From the NCBI GenBank assembly GCA_015231925.1, contig JADGAQ010000002.1:4791-68790 (forward strand): 64,000 nucleotides of DNA, read 5' to 3'. Below the pieces are notes generated by a model. It worked only from the letters and a program-made list of their open reading frames with translations, was not told where the DNA came from and made no database searches. The DNA is from Magnetococcales bacterium. GTDB taxonomy: Bacteria; Pseudomonadota; Magnetococcia; Magnetococcales; JADGAQ01. Both the position numbers and the translations under genes were made by a program. Of the stretch, positions 18,790 through 27,588 are shown piece after piece (the stretch's first letter is position 1; each line of letters begins with the position of its first letter).

Positions 18790-21312
18790 ATGAATATTCA
18801 GAATGCCAACCTCTTGGAAGCGTCGAGCCGCGTGGCTTTCGCGGCTCTGGTGCATGATCTGGGAAAGTTCGCCGAACGCGCCGAGATGGCCGTTGCCAAG
18901 GCGGAAATAGATCAGAGGAAAAAAGATTATTGTCCAAAAGGTTCTTCAAAATACACCCACGCCCACGCCGCCTATTCCGCCCTGGCCCTACAGGCTCTCA
19001 AGGGGATGCTGCCCGACTTCCAATCGGGAGACATGTTCCCTTTCGACACGTCGAACGAAACCCTGATCGCCGCTGCCGCCGGGCATCACGAGCCCAAAAC
19101 GTCCCTGCAACGCATCGTGGCCATCGCCGACCGCCTGGCCTCGGGATTCGAGCGCAGCAACTTCACAGAATACGAGCGACTCCAGGAAGGAGATGCCCCC
19201 AACGGTGTGGGACTGCATCGCGCCCGGCAATGGCCGATGCTGGAGACCATTTATCCGGATCAGCAGAATTTGAAGGAACCCAAACAACGTTTCCCCCTGA
19301 AGGCCCTGGCTCCGGAAACCCTTTTCCCCGGAGGGTGGAATCCGGGAACTCCAGACGAGGCCAAGGCCGAGTACCGGGAGCTGTGGGACGCTTTCATCTC
19401 CAAGTTGGAAACCCTCTCCCATCGCAACCGTCTACCCTTGTGGCTCGACCATTTCGACAGCCTGTTCCTCACCTTCACCCACGCCATCCCCTCGGCCACG
19501 GTGAGTCGTGAGAATGGACGTTTCACCAAAATCCCCACCGATGTCTCGCTTTACGACCACTCCAAGGCGGTGGCGGCTTTGGCGGTGGCGCTGTGGCGTT
19601 ATCACCTGGAAAACGGCACGGTGGAGGAGGTCTTTTCCAAGTCCAAATGGAACCACTGGGACGAACACGACGTAGCGGAATTTCTGCTGATTCAGGGTGA
19701 CTTCTCCGGCATTCAGGCCTTCATTTTCGACAGCGCGGAATCCACCTCCAAGGCGGCCAAACGGTTGCGGGGTCGCTCCTTCATGGTTTCGCTGCTGACG
19801 GAGCTGGCGGCGTTGAAGGTGCTGGAGACCCTGGAGCTGCCGTCCACCAGCCAGATCATCAACGCGGCGGGCCGGTTTCTCATCGTGGCTCCCAATCGGG
19901 AGACGGTGCAGCAAAAACTGGAAGGGGTGCGTCGCGAGCTGGACGAGTGGTTTTTGCAGCAAACCTTCGGGCAAAGCGGCATCGCTCTGGTGACCACGGA
20001 GGCCAGCCGGCAGGATTTCCATAAAGAGAGGTTCGCCGCCCTGATGGATCGGTTGTTTGTCGATGCCCAGCGCCGTAAACGGCAGCGGTTTGGCCTGTGC
20101 GGCGAGACACCTCCTGCACCGATCTTCGAAGCGGTGGACTATCCCAACGGGCCCTGCGTCGTGGATGGACACAAACCCGGAGAGATCCTGGCGGAGGGCA
20201 AATACCGCTGTCGGCTGTGCAACGATCAGATCACGGCAGGTGATCAACTGGTCAAGCAGAATCTCCTGTTGATCGGATACACCGTTCCGCAAGAATTACC
20301 CGCCCTGGAAGCCAGCTATTTCGGCTATCGGGTTGCTTTCGCCAGAGAAGAGAAAGGTGGGGATTGGCTGCGGGTGTGGGATTTCGCCCTGCCCGAAGCG
20401 GATGGGAAGACTCCCTTGTGGAACGGCTACGCCCGGCGGGCCATCAATGCCCATGTGCCCCGGAATGAGTCGGGCGAACTCCTCGATTTCGAAACGATTG
20501 CCAAAACGGCCATTGTGCCGGATGAATCGGGCAATCCTCGCGGTGTGGCCGCTCTGGGCATTCTCAAAGGCGATGTGGACAATCTGGGAGCGATTTTCCG
20601 CAAGGGGCTGGAGCATCCCACCTTTGCCCGCATGGCGGGTTTGAGCCGACAGGTCAATGCCTTTTTCGCCATCTGGCTGCCCTGGTGGTGTTCCAAAGAG
20701 TTTCCCAATACCTACACGGTCTTCGCCGGGGGGGATGACTTCTTTCTCATCGGCCCCTGGCTTGAACAGATTCATCTGGCGCGGGAGATTTGCAAAGCCT
20801 TGAGGCTATACGGCGGGAAGAATCCTAAGGTGCATCTTTCCGCCGGTCTGGTGATGACCAAACCGGACCTGCCGGTTCCCGCTTTGGACAGCCTTGCGGA
20901 GGAGGCGTTACAACACGCCAAGAACCATGCTGACAAAACCAAGAACGCCATCACCTGCTGGAACCGCACCGTCTCCTGGCAGGTTTTCGAGGAGATGATG
21001 CAGGCGGAAGAAGAGCTGACAACCCTGACGGCTCTGCTGGCCGAAGAGAAGGTGGAGATGAGTTCCGGCTATCTCTACTCCCTGTTGGATCTTTGCGACA
21101 GGGCGGAAAGCCCCCGCCCGGAAGATCAGCTCTGGCGCTCCTGGTTCGTCTACCGCACCTGGCGATTCGTGGTGGATCGCCTGCCGGAAGAAAAGCGGGA
21201 GCCATATTACAAGGATGAGTTTGTCGCCAAGATCGGCAAGCGGCTCCTCTGCCGCAGCGGCGATTACAAAATAGCCCTGTTCACCCATCTTTATCAGCGA
21301 CGGGAGGCGTGA
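18790..21312 (+). CDS. cas10: Type III CRISPR Cas10/Csm1
   Basis: HD domain (ALVHDLGKF, AAGHHE, IADRLASG), first palm domain (LLIQGDFSGIQAFIF), Zn-binding Cys cluster (CVVDGH...CRLC) and cyclase motif FAGGDDFFLIGPW. ATG 18790 follows GGAAGGAG; the track start at 18775 is TTG. Confidence 0.92.
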   Translation: MNIQNANLLEASSRVAFAALVHDLGKFAERAEMAVAKAEIDQRKKDYCPKGSSKYTHAHAAYSALALQALKGMLPDFQSGDMFPFDTSNETLIAAAAGHHEPKTSLQRIVAIADRLASGFERSNFTEYERLQEGDAPNGVGLHRARQWPMLETIYPDQQNLKEPKQRFPLKALAPETLFPGGWNPGTPDEAKAEYRELWDAFISKLETLSHRNRLPLWLDHFDSLFLTFTHAIPSATVSRENGRFTKIPTDVSLYDHSKAVAALAVALWRYHLENGTVEEVFSKSKWNHWDEHDVAEFLLIQGDFSGIQAFIFDSAESTSKAAKRLRGRSFMVSLLTELAALKVLETLELPSTSQIINAAGRFLIVAPNRETVQQKLEGVRRELDEWFLQQTFGQSGIALVTTEASRQDFHKERFAALMDRLFVDAQRRKRQRFGLCGETPPAPIFEAVDYPNGPCVVDGHKPGEILAEGKYRCRLCNDQITAGDQLVKQNLLLIGYTVPQELPALEASYFGYRVAFAREEKGGDWLRVWDFALPEADGKTPLWNGYARRAINAHVPRNESGELLDFETIAKTAIVPDESGNPRGVAALGILKGDVDNLGAIFRKGLEHPTFARMAGLSRQVNAFFAIWLPWWCSKEFPNTYTVFAGGDDFFLIGPWLEQIHLAREICKALRLYGGKNPKVHLSAGLVMTKPDLPVPALDSLAEEALQHAKNHADKTKNAITCWNRTVSWQVFEEMMQAEEELTTLTALLAEEKVEMSSGYLYSLLDLCDRAESPRPEDQLWRSWFVYRTWRFVVDRLPEEKREPYYKDEFVAKIGKRLLCRSGDYKIALFTHLYQRREA

Positions 21313-21693
21313 GTGAATACTACCGGAATTATTCTGAACAATATTCAGAAAGATTTATTTGATGGGGTCGCCGAGAGGGTAGCCAAGGATCTGGCTGCAA
21401 ATCGGCAATCCAATAAACCTACTCAATTGCGTCGTTTTTATGACGAGATTTGTCAATGGACGGAAAAAGTCGATGGCAAGGACGAGACTTACAAAACATT
21501 AAGCCCATTCATTCATATGCTGAACGCCAAGACAGCCTATGCCTTTGGTCGAAACAAACTGGTTGATGCCAACTTTGTAGAATTGATCCGTTACTGCCTG
21601 AACCAGGTCAATAATGCCGAAACCCTCGGCAATTTCAAACTCTTCATGGAAGCGGTGATGGGATTTTATAAATACGAGCGGCCCGGCAACTGA
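21313..21693 (+). CDS. csm2: Type III-A small subunit Csm2
   Basis: 126 aa, helical. Has the Csm2-like TQLRRFYDEI and NAKTAYAFGR motifs. The GTG start abuts the cas10 stop. Confidence 0.8.
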   Translation: MNTTGIILNNIQKDLFDGVAERVAKDLAANRQSNKPTQLRRFYDEICQWTEKVDGKDETYKTLSPFIHMLNAKTAYAFGRNKLVDANFVELIRYCLNQVNNAETLGNFKLFMEAVMGFYKYERPGN

Positions 21694-21703
21694 GGAACAG
21701 ACC

Positions 21704-22420
21704 ATGAAACTGACCCACATCGACGAAATCTCCGGGCAACTCCTTCTGTGCAGCGGGTTGCATATCGGCAGCGGCAACACCGAAATGCACATCGGCGGTT
21801 CGGACAATCCCGTGATCAAACATCCCCACACCAACCGACCCTACATTCCGGGCAGCAGCCTGAAAGGCAAAATCCGCAGCCTGCTGGAATGGCGTGTTGG
21901 GGGCAAGGCGATACTCGACGGAAAACCGATGAGTTATGGCAAACTTCAACAGCTTCCGGACGATGACCGCCCGGATGCCCTGACCATTCTCAAACTGTTC
22001 GGCAATTCCGCCGGTGAGAAGTTAAAAGATGAAGTGTACCAGGAAATCGGCCTTCCCCGCTTGATCTTTCGGGACTGCATGCTTTCGGATGAATGGGTAA
22101 CATCCGTTAATAACAAAAAGCTTTCTCTGACTGAAACCAAGATGGAAAACACCATCAACCGGGTTAGCGGTGTGGCGGAACACCCCCGCAGCATGGAGCG
22201 GGTTCCGGCGGGAGCGATATTCAATTTTTGCCTGGTGATCCGGCGATTCGGCGAGGAGGAGGAATTGCACGATCTCCTTTTCAAGGGTTTGAAACTGCTG
22301 GAGATGGACAGCCTGGGTGGTTCGGGTTCCCGCGGTTACGGCCGGGTTGAATTCAAACTGCATGCCCCGTGGCAGGAGAAACTCGACAAGACCAACCCCT
22401 GGAGTGACAACGGCAAATGA
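21704..22420 (+). CDS. csm3: RAMP protein Csm3 (Cas7 family)
   Basis: LHIGSG...PYIPGSSLKGKIRSLLEW and C-terminal GGSGSRGYGRV glycine loop. Confidence 0.9.
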   Translation: MKLTHIDEISGQLLLCSGLHIGSGNTEMHIGGSDNPVIKHPHTNRPYIPGSSLKGKIRSLLEWRVGGKAILDGKPMSYGKLQQLPDDDRPDALTILKLFGNSAGEKLKDEVYQEIGLPRLIFRDCMLSDEWVTSVNNKKLSLTETKMENTINRVSGVAEHPRSMERVPAGAIFNFCLVIRRFGEEEELHDLLFKGLKLLEMDSLGGSGSRGYGRVEFKLHAPWQEKLDKTNPWSDNGK

Positions 22421-23322
22421 ACACCCTGCTGATCACCCTGGAGCCCTTGACGGCTTTTGCCACGCCGTTGCACGGGGACACCCTCTTCGGGCAACTCTGC
22501 TGGGCGTTGCGCAATCGTCAGGGCGAAGCCTGGCTGGTGGAGCGGCTGCGGGGATACACCGCCAACGACCCCTTTCTGGTGGTTGGGGATGCGTTTCCCG
22601 AAGGGCACTTTCCCCGTCCCCGAAAACCCTCGAAGGGTTTTCAGAGCAAGGAAAATCGTCAGCAGGTCTGGTTGCCCCGCCGGGAGTGGGGATTGGACTG
22701 TGTGACTGAGGAGGCGATCTGGGGCAAGGACAAAACCCGCATCGAGCGGCCCCAGCCCCACAACAGCATCCATCGCCTGAGCGGAACCACGGGCGAGGGA
22801 GAGCAAGGGTTTGCGCCGTTCGTCACCCGGCAAATCTGGTTTCCCGAAGGAGCCCGCCTGGAGGTGTGGCTGCTTCACGATGCGGATCGCTTGCCGGAGG
22901 AGACGCTGCACACCGCGTTGAGCGATATCGGACAGTTGGGTTTTGGCAAGGAGGCTTCGAGGGGACTCGGCAAATACCGGGTGACTGCCATGCAACCCAC
23001 CCCCCTGCCCCGACAGGAAGGCTGCAACGCCTGGCTGACCCTGGGAAGTTGCGCCCCCCAAGGGTGCGGTTTCGACGCCGCCAACAGTTTTTATGAGCTT
23101 TTCACCCGTTTCGGTCGTCACGGGGATTGGCCGGCGCTGAGCGGACAACCCTTCAAGAAACCGATCCTGATGGCCGGTGCCGGCGCGGTGCTGACCCCCG
23201 CCGTGTGGCGGGATGTCCGCTTCGTCGGGCAGGGTTTGGGTGGCGAGGGCAAGCTGTCGAAGGTCATTGCGGATACCGTGCATCAAGGCTACTGCCCGGT
23301 AGTGGGCATTCGGGTGGATTGA
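22417..23322 (+). CDS. csm4: RAMP protein Csm4 (Cas5 family)
   Basis: The N-terminus LEPLTAFATPLHGDTLFGQLCWAL is typical of Csm4. Has the G-rich motif IGQLGFGKEASRGLGKY. ATGA overlap with csm3. Confidence 0.85.
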   Translation: MNTLLITLEPLTAFATPLHGDTLFGQLCWALRNRQGEAWLVERLRGYTANDPFLVVGDAFPEGHFPRPRKPSKGFQSKENRQQVWLPRREWGLDCVTEEAIWGKDKTRIERPQPHNSIHRLSGTTGEGEQGFAPFVTRQIWFPEGARLEVWLLHDADRLPEETLHTALSDIGQLGFGKEASRGLGKYRVTAMQPTPLPRQEGCNAWLTLGSCAPQGCGFDAANSFYELFTRFGRHGDWPALSGQPFKKPILMAGAGAVLTPAVWRDVRFVGQGLGGEGKLSKVIADTVHQGYCPVVGIRVD

Positions 23323-23335
23323 CGGGAGGGAAAAG

Positions 23336-24508
23336 ATGGCTGAACGATTTTTACAATCCCATCGTCTGGTGATTTCCACCCTTTCACCAGTCCACATCGG
23401 TTGCGGGGAGGATTACGAACCCACCAACTACGTTATTGATGACAACAATAATACGTTGCACTATTTCGAACCAAGCGACCTTTTGACGCTGCCGCAATGG
23501 CCGGAACGGCGTCAAGAATTGCTCAACCTGGTTACCCGACAGGGAGGAAGCCAGGTGGTTCGCGGCATACAGACCTTTTTCCACAAACTGCGCAAGGAAA
23601 TCGCCCCCCTTTCCAGACATCAGGTAAGCGTTTCCCAAGGAATTATGGACTCTTACAAGGAACGTATCGGGCAAGTGGCGCAGCGGGAGTTCGGCAACAA
23701 GGAGACCCTCAACTCTCTGGGAATCCAACGCGGGTATTACCACCCCCACTCCGGTCAACCGATTCTTCCCGGCAGCAGTTTGAAAGGAGCCGTGCGCACG
23801 GCCTTGCTGAATCACGCCCATGGGGGCCAGAAGTTGAAACAGCCTGCTCTGGCGGAGCAACGCACCAATTGGAAAAAGCTCTCCCCGCTTGATGTGACGT
23901 TACGGAATTTTCATGGAGATTTTCACGCCGATCCCCTGCGCCTGATAAAGATTACCGACAGCACCCCATTCCCCACCGAGAAGATCAAACCGCTCATCTG
24001 CTTTGCCGTCAATCGGAGCAAACGGCCCGACGATACGAAAGAGCGGCCCTTTCAAATGAGGGAATGCCTTCCCGGAATGGCCAAAAAGGCTGTAGAGGCC
24101 GAGTTGATTTTGCATGATGTGGGTGCGCTGCGCTCCGAGAAGTTACCGGCCGTGCGTCCGACCATGGAAGAGATTGTGAAACGCTGCAATGACTATTATC
24201 TGCATCGGTTGCAGGAGAGTTTGAAACTGCCGGGTGTAGATAAAGAATGGATCAACAAGATTCAAAGGTCTTTAGATAGAAATATCTGGAGGCTTCAAGA
24301 GGGAGACTCTTTTTTGCTGCGTCTGGGCATGGGCAGCGGGTCCGAAAGCATTACGCTCGATGGAGCAAGACATATTCATCAGCCACAACATAGACAGTGG
24401 GTGGAAAAGCCCTCGACGGTCTGGCTGTTTTCCGAGATGGGCAAGGATGCAAGGGAGGGGCTGTTACCTTTTGGCTGGGTGCTGGTGGCCTGGGATAAAC
24501 GGCCATGA
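23336..24508 (+). CDS. csm5: RAMP protein Csm5 (Cas7 family)
   Basis: STLSPVHIGCGE and ILPGSSLKGAVRTALL motifs. It sits in the csm5 position of the operon. Confidence 0.85.
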   Translation: MAERFLQSHRLVISTLSPVHIGCGEDYEPTNYVIDDNNNTLHYFEPSDLLTLPQWPERRQELLNLVTRQGGSQVVRGIQTFFHKLRKEIAPLSRHQVSVSQGIMDSYKERIGQVAQREFGNKETLNSLGIQRGYYHPHSGQPILPGSSLKGAVRTALLNHAHGGQKLKQPALAEQRTNWKKLSPLDVTLRNFHGDFHADPLRLIKITDSTPFPTEKIKPLICFAVNRSKRPDDTKERPFQMRECLPGMAKKAVEAELILHDVGALRSEKLPAVRPTMEEIVKRCNDYYLHRLQESLKLPGVDKEWINKIQRSLDRNIWRLQEGDSFLLRLGMGSGSESITLDGARHIHQPQHRQWVEKPSTVWLFSEMGKDAREGLLPFGWVLVAWDKRP

Positions 24509-25446
24509 CGATCTATTCCCTTCCCCTGGCGCGATACCGTCTGGAGTGGCGGGTGGAGACACCGTTGCGCTTGCCGGAGTATGCCGGATCAGCGTTGCGG
24601 GGGGTGTTTGGCGCGGCTCTGCGGGGGCTGGCCTGTATCACTCGGGAAAGGGAGTGTCCGGGTTGCGGCCTTTTGCGCACCTGCCCCTATTCCCTGATCT
24701 TCGAAACCCCTGCCCCACTGGTGGCCGAAGGGGAAAAAGGCTTTGCGGTGACACCCAATCCCTACATTATCGAGCCGCCGCCCTGGGGGGTGCGGGAGTA
24801 TGGTGTCGGGGAGGCGTTGGTGTTTCATCTGGTGCTGGTGGGACGGGCGTTGGGCCATTTGCCCCTGCTGATATTGGCCTGGCAACGCGCCCTTGGCCGG
24901 GGTGTCGGGGCGGGAGATGGCAAAGCCGAGTTGCAACAGGTGGTGCTGGAAAGGTCGAACGGCGAAGAGGTGGTTTTTCGGCGGGAGGAAGGGCTGCTGC
25001 GCGACCACGACACGCAGGTTGTCGTGCCATCCTGGCCGGGACAGGAGGCTCTCACTCTGCATCTGCTCACCCCGGTCCGCATTCAGCGCGACGGTTCGCC
25101 TCTCGGTCCGGGACGCCTCACGCCACGGGATCTGCTGGTGGGGTTGATGCGTCGTATCGGTCAGATGGCTCATCTACATGCGGATGTCGACCCGGAGATC
25201 GATTACTCGGAGCTGTCCCGGCAGGCGGGTTTGATTCCGTGTCATGGCAACCTCGCCTGGCGGGACTGGACACGCCGTTCCGCCCGACAGCAGCAAACCA
25301 TGGCCTTGGGCGGTGTCGTCGGTCGATGGACTTTGACGGGTGATCTGCAACCTTTCTGGCCGTTTCTTTATCTGGGGCAGTGGTTGCATGTGGGCAAAAA
25401 TGCCACCTTCGGGTTGGGTGGGTACCAACTTGAAACGCAGGTTTGA
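24505..25446 (+). CDS. cas6: Cas6-family CRISPR endoribonuclease
   Basis: 313 aa. C-terminal G-rich loop HVGKNATFGLGGYQL and N-terminal CPGC...C cluster. ATGA overlap with csm5. It is the last gene before the leader. Confidence 0.75.
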   Translation: MTIYSLPLARYRLEWRVETPLRLPEYAGSALRGVFGAALRGLACITRERECPGCGLLRTCPYSLIFETPAPLVAEGEKGFAVTPNPYIIEPPPWGVREYGVGEALVFHLVLVGRALGHLPLLILAWQRALGRGVGAGDGKAELQQVVLERSNGEEVVFRREEGLLRDHDTQVVVPSWPGQEALTLHLLTPVRIQRDGSPLGPGRLTPRDLLVGLMRRIGQMAHLHADVDPEIDYSELSRQAGLIPCHGNLAWRDWTRRSARQQQTMALGGVVGRWTLTGDLQPFWPFLYLGQWLHVGKNATFGLGGYQLETQV

Positions 25447-25471
25447 TGAATATCGACGAGGATGAGGCGTT

Positions 25472-25507
25472 TGTTAATCATCGCTCCGTTTGATAGGGGA
25501 TTGTAAC
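25472..25507 (+). repeat. Orphan degenerate CRISPR repeat
   Basis: tgTTAA-TCATCGCtCCGtTTGATAGGGGATTGtAAC vs the consensus CCTTAAGTCATCGCCCCGCTTGATAGGGGATTGAAAC. It shares the CGCTCCG variant with the degenerate terminal repeat of the array. Confidence 0.75.
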
Positions 25508-25679
25508 GGTTCTGACGGGGGAGCTTCAAGCCAGAATGGCGGAAGAGGTTAAAGAGCGCATCCGTGGGACGGACGATGCGGTGCAGATTTATCCGCTTTG
25601 TGCCAATTGTGCGGCCAAGGTGCAACGTTTGGGCAACGCCTGTGAGGCTCCTGGTGAGGAGGTGGTATTCGTGGTTTAA
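25497..25679 (+). pseudogene. cas2: cas2 3' remnant
   Basis: The open frame after the stop at 25494-25496 translates to ..VLTGELQARMAEEVKERIRGTDDAVQIYPLCANCAAKVQRLG.., which matches the Cas2 C-terminal pattern (D-x-hydrophobic-x-IY-x-L-C...C...G). The N-terminal half is absent and its place is taken by the orphan repeat. Not in the ORF track because it is under 60 aa from the ATG at 25536. Confidence 0.55.
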
Positions 25680-25721
25680 TGGCAGGCAGGGGATTTTTCA
25701 GAAAAATTATTTTTTTATCTT

Positions 25722-25779
25722 TTGACCTTCAATATGTTTCCTTTAAATAGTAAAAAAAGAAAATGTTCTGTCCGTGGCC
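25722..25779 (+). repeat. TIR60 unit (forward orientation) in the CRISPR leader region
   Basis: TTGACCTTCAATATGTTTCCTTTAAATAGTAAAAAAAGAAAATGTTCTGTCC, matching the family consensus TTGACTTTCAATATGTTATCTTTTAAGTATCAAAAAAAGGAAATGTTCTATCCTTTGAC. Confidence 0.8.
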
Positions 25780-25786
25780 TTTTCCT

Positions 25787-25815
25787 TTGATTATCCTTTT
25801 CAAATAATATATAAT
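25787..25815 (+). promoter_or_regulatory. Candidate sigma70 promoter for the CRISPR array
   Basis: TTGATT (25787-25792), a 17-bp spacer, then a perfect TATAAT (25810-25815). It lies about 215 bp upstream of the first repeat and faces the array. Confidence 0.55.
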
Positions 25816-25841
25816 ATCTAGCATCGATGTATCGAGATGTA

Positions 25842-25883
25842 GTCGTAACCCCGAAAACCCGATTTTCGACCGGGGGTTACGAC
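25842..25883 (+). other. Long bulged hairpin in the leader
   Basis: GTCGTAACCCCGAAAA-cccga-TTTTCG(accgg)GGGGTTACGAC: an 11-bp outer stem plus a 5-6-bp inner stem. Confidence 0.6.
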
Positions 25884-26029
25884 AAGACCCAACCCGTTGG
25901 AAAATAAGAATGTTTACAATCCCGCACTTTCTTTTCACCAGAAAAACCGGGGGCACGGTATGCCAGATGAAACGGTTACGAAAATGTGGTCAATTTCCGA
26001 TGGAAAATCAGGTAAATGTAGCATGGTCT

Positions 26030-27533
26030 CCTTAAGTCATCGCCCCGCTTGATAGGGGATTGAAACAGTTCGATATCGGAGCGGGTCTCGAAGTCCAAGT
26101 GTAAAACGGCCTTAAGTCATCGCCCCGCTTGATAGGGGATTGAAACTGTTTGAAAGCTTCCAGAAGGTCGCTCAACGCTCCCCTTAAGTCATCGCCCCGC
26201 TTGATAGGGGATTGAAACGTTGTCCATCAATAAAGACCAGTGCGCGACGAATTTCCCCTTAAGTCATCGCCCCGCTTGATAGGGGATTGAAACAGTTGAT
26301 TGCCTCGTCCATCCGGGTGATGGCTGCATCTCCTTAAGTCATCGCCCCGCTTGATAGGGGATTGAAACACATCGAACATACGTGTCTTCATAGGTGTAAC
26401 AAGCGCATCCCTTAAGTCATCGCCCCGCTTGATAGGGGATTGAAGCCGTCAAGAGGGGTGTCGCGTCACTCACCGTGGCTCGGATCTCCTTAAGTCATCA
26501 CCCCGCTTGATAGGGGATTGAAACACCAGATGCCCCGGCAGGATCCCGGACCGATAGACGCACCTTTAAGTCATCGCCCCGCTCGATAGGGGATTGAAAA
26601 CACAAACTTTACAGCGTTCGCTACGTTATCACAAAACTCTTTAAGTCATCGCCCCGCTCGATAGGGGATTGAAACACGTCAGCGTCTTGGATGATTTCGA
26701 GTTCCTTCACTTCCTGATCTTTAAGTCATCGCCCCGCTCGATAGGGGATTGAAACGGCAACCCAACATCATCCACCCCGACATTCTCCACCCGATGCTTT
26801 AAGTCATCGCCCCGCTCGATAGGGGATTGAAACAGAAAGAAAAAGCGAGCGCCGCTGGTTGTTTCGACATAGTGCCTTTAAGTCATCGCCCCGCTCGATA
26901 GGGGATTGAAACGCCTCACGGTCAATCCCATCGACCGCCCGAAGGCACCAGACTTTAAGTCATCGCCCCGCTCGATAGGGGATTGAAACCTACGCTCCGC
27001 CGGATTGGCTGTATCCATGGCCATTGCCTTTAAGTCATCGCCCCGCTCGATAGGGGATTGAAACCACTTCCGGCCCCCTCGGCGAAGGTGTAATCCTTCA
27101 CCAGTTCCTTAAGTCATCGCCCCGCTCGATAGGGGATTGAAACTCAACCAGTGCAATGATTGACTCGTCAACATACTCTACAATCCTTAAGTCATCGCCC
27201 CGCTCGATAGGGGATTGAAACGATGCGCCCTGCGCGCCGGTCAAAACGCCGTTTTCGGCTTCCTTAAGTCATCGCCCCGCTCGATAGGGGATTGAAACTT
27301 TTTTCGTTTGGCATGCGCCTGAAATATTCTTCCGCAGTTGCCTTAAGTCATCGCCCCGCTCGATAGGGGATTGAAACTCTGCCGGGCAGGCGGCCGGATC
27401 CCACAGTGTGCCGATACACCTTAAGTCATCGCCCCGCTTGATAGGGGATTGAAACTCAGGGTCGTAGCCGAAATCTGAACAAAAATCCTCGAAAGACCTT
27501 AAGTCATCGCTCCGCTTGATAGGGGATAAACCG
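26030..27533 (+). CRISPR. CRISPR array with 20 repeats and 19 spacers
   Basis: 37-bp repeat C[C/T]TTAAGTCATCGCCCCGCT[T/C]GATAGGGGATTGAAAC; spacers are 35-43 bp. First repeat is 26030-26066. The last repeat, 27497-27533, is degenerate (..CGCTCCGCTTGATAGGGGATAAACCG). The 3' ATTGAAAC matches the usual 8-nt crRNA 5' handle. The degenerate repeat distal to the cas genes places the leader at 25680-26029. Confidence 0.97.
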
Positions 27534-27552
27534 CAGAGACGGCTTTATTCTG

Positions 27553-27581
27553 TTGACTTATAGTACTAGGTACGATATCAT
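27553..27581 (+). promoter_or_regulatory. Candidate hicAB promoter with an embedded palindrome
   Basis: TTGACT (27553-27558), a 17-bp spacer containing the 8-bp palindrome TAGTACTA, then TATCAT (27576-27581). The hicA ATG is at 27589. Confidence 0.45.
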
Positions 27582-27588
27582 CACTGCC

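Noticed and set aside
25722-25760. TIR60 as an outward-facing promoter (TTGACy-17 bp-TAAGTA/TAAATA).
   Set aside because: The -10-like hexamer is poor, matching TATAAT at only 2-3 of 6 positions and lacking the final T. Units also occur in both orientations relative to neighbouring genes. I therefore did not annotate the units as promoters.
25729-25956. The minus-strand 75-aa ORF in the CRISPR leader as a possible anti-CRISPR or regulator.
   Set aside because: It runs through the TIR60 unit and the AT-rich promoter region. It has no RBS, and its composition (Ile/Phe/Lys/Tyr runs) simply reflects AT-rich DNA.
26030-27533. Self-targeting spacers matching elsewhere in the window.
   Set aside because: I compared the 19 spacers by eye with conspicuous sequences in the window and saw no match. 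This check is not exhaustive, and a computational search of the genome and virome databases is required.
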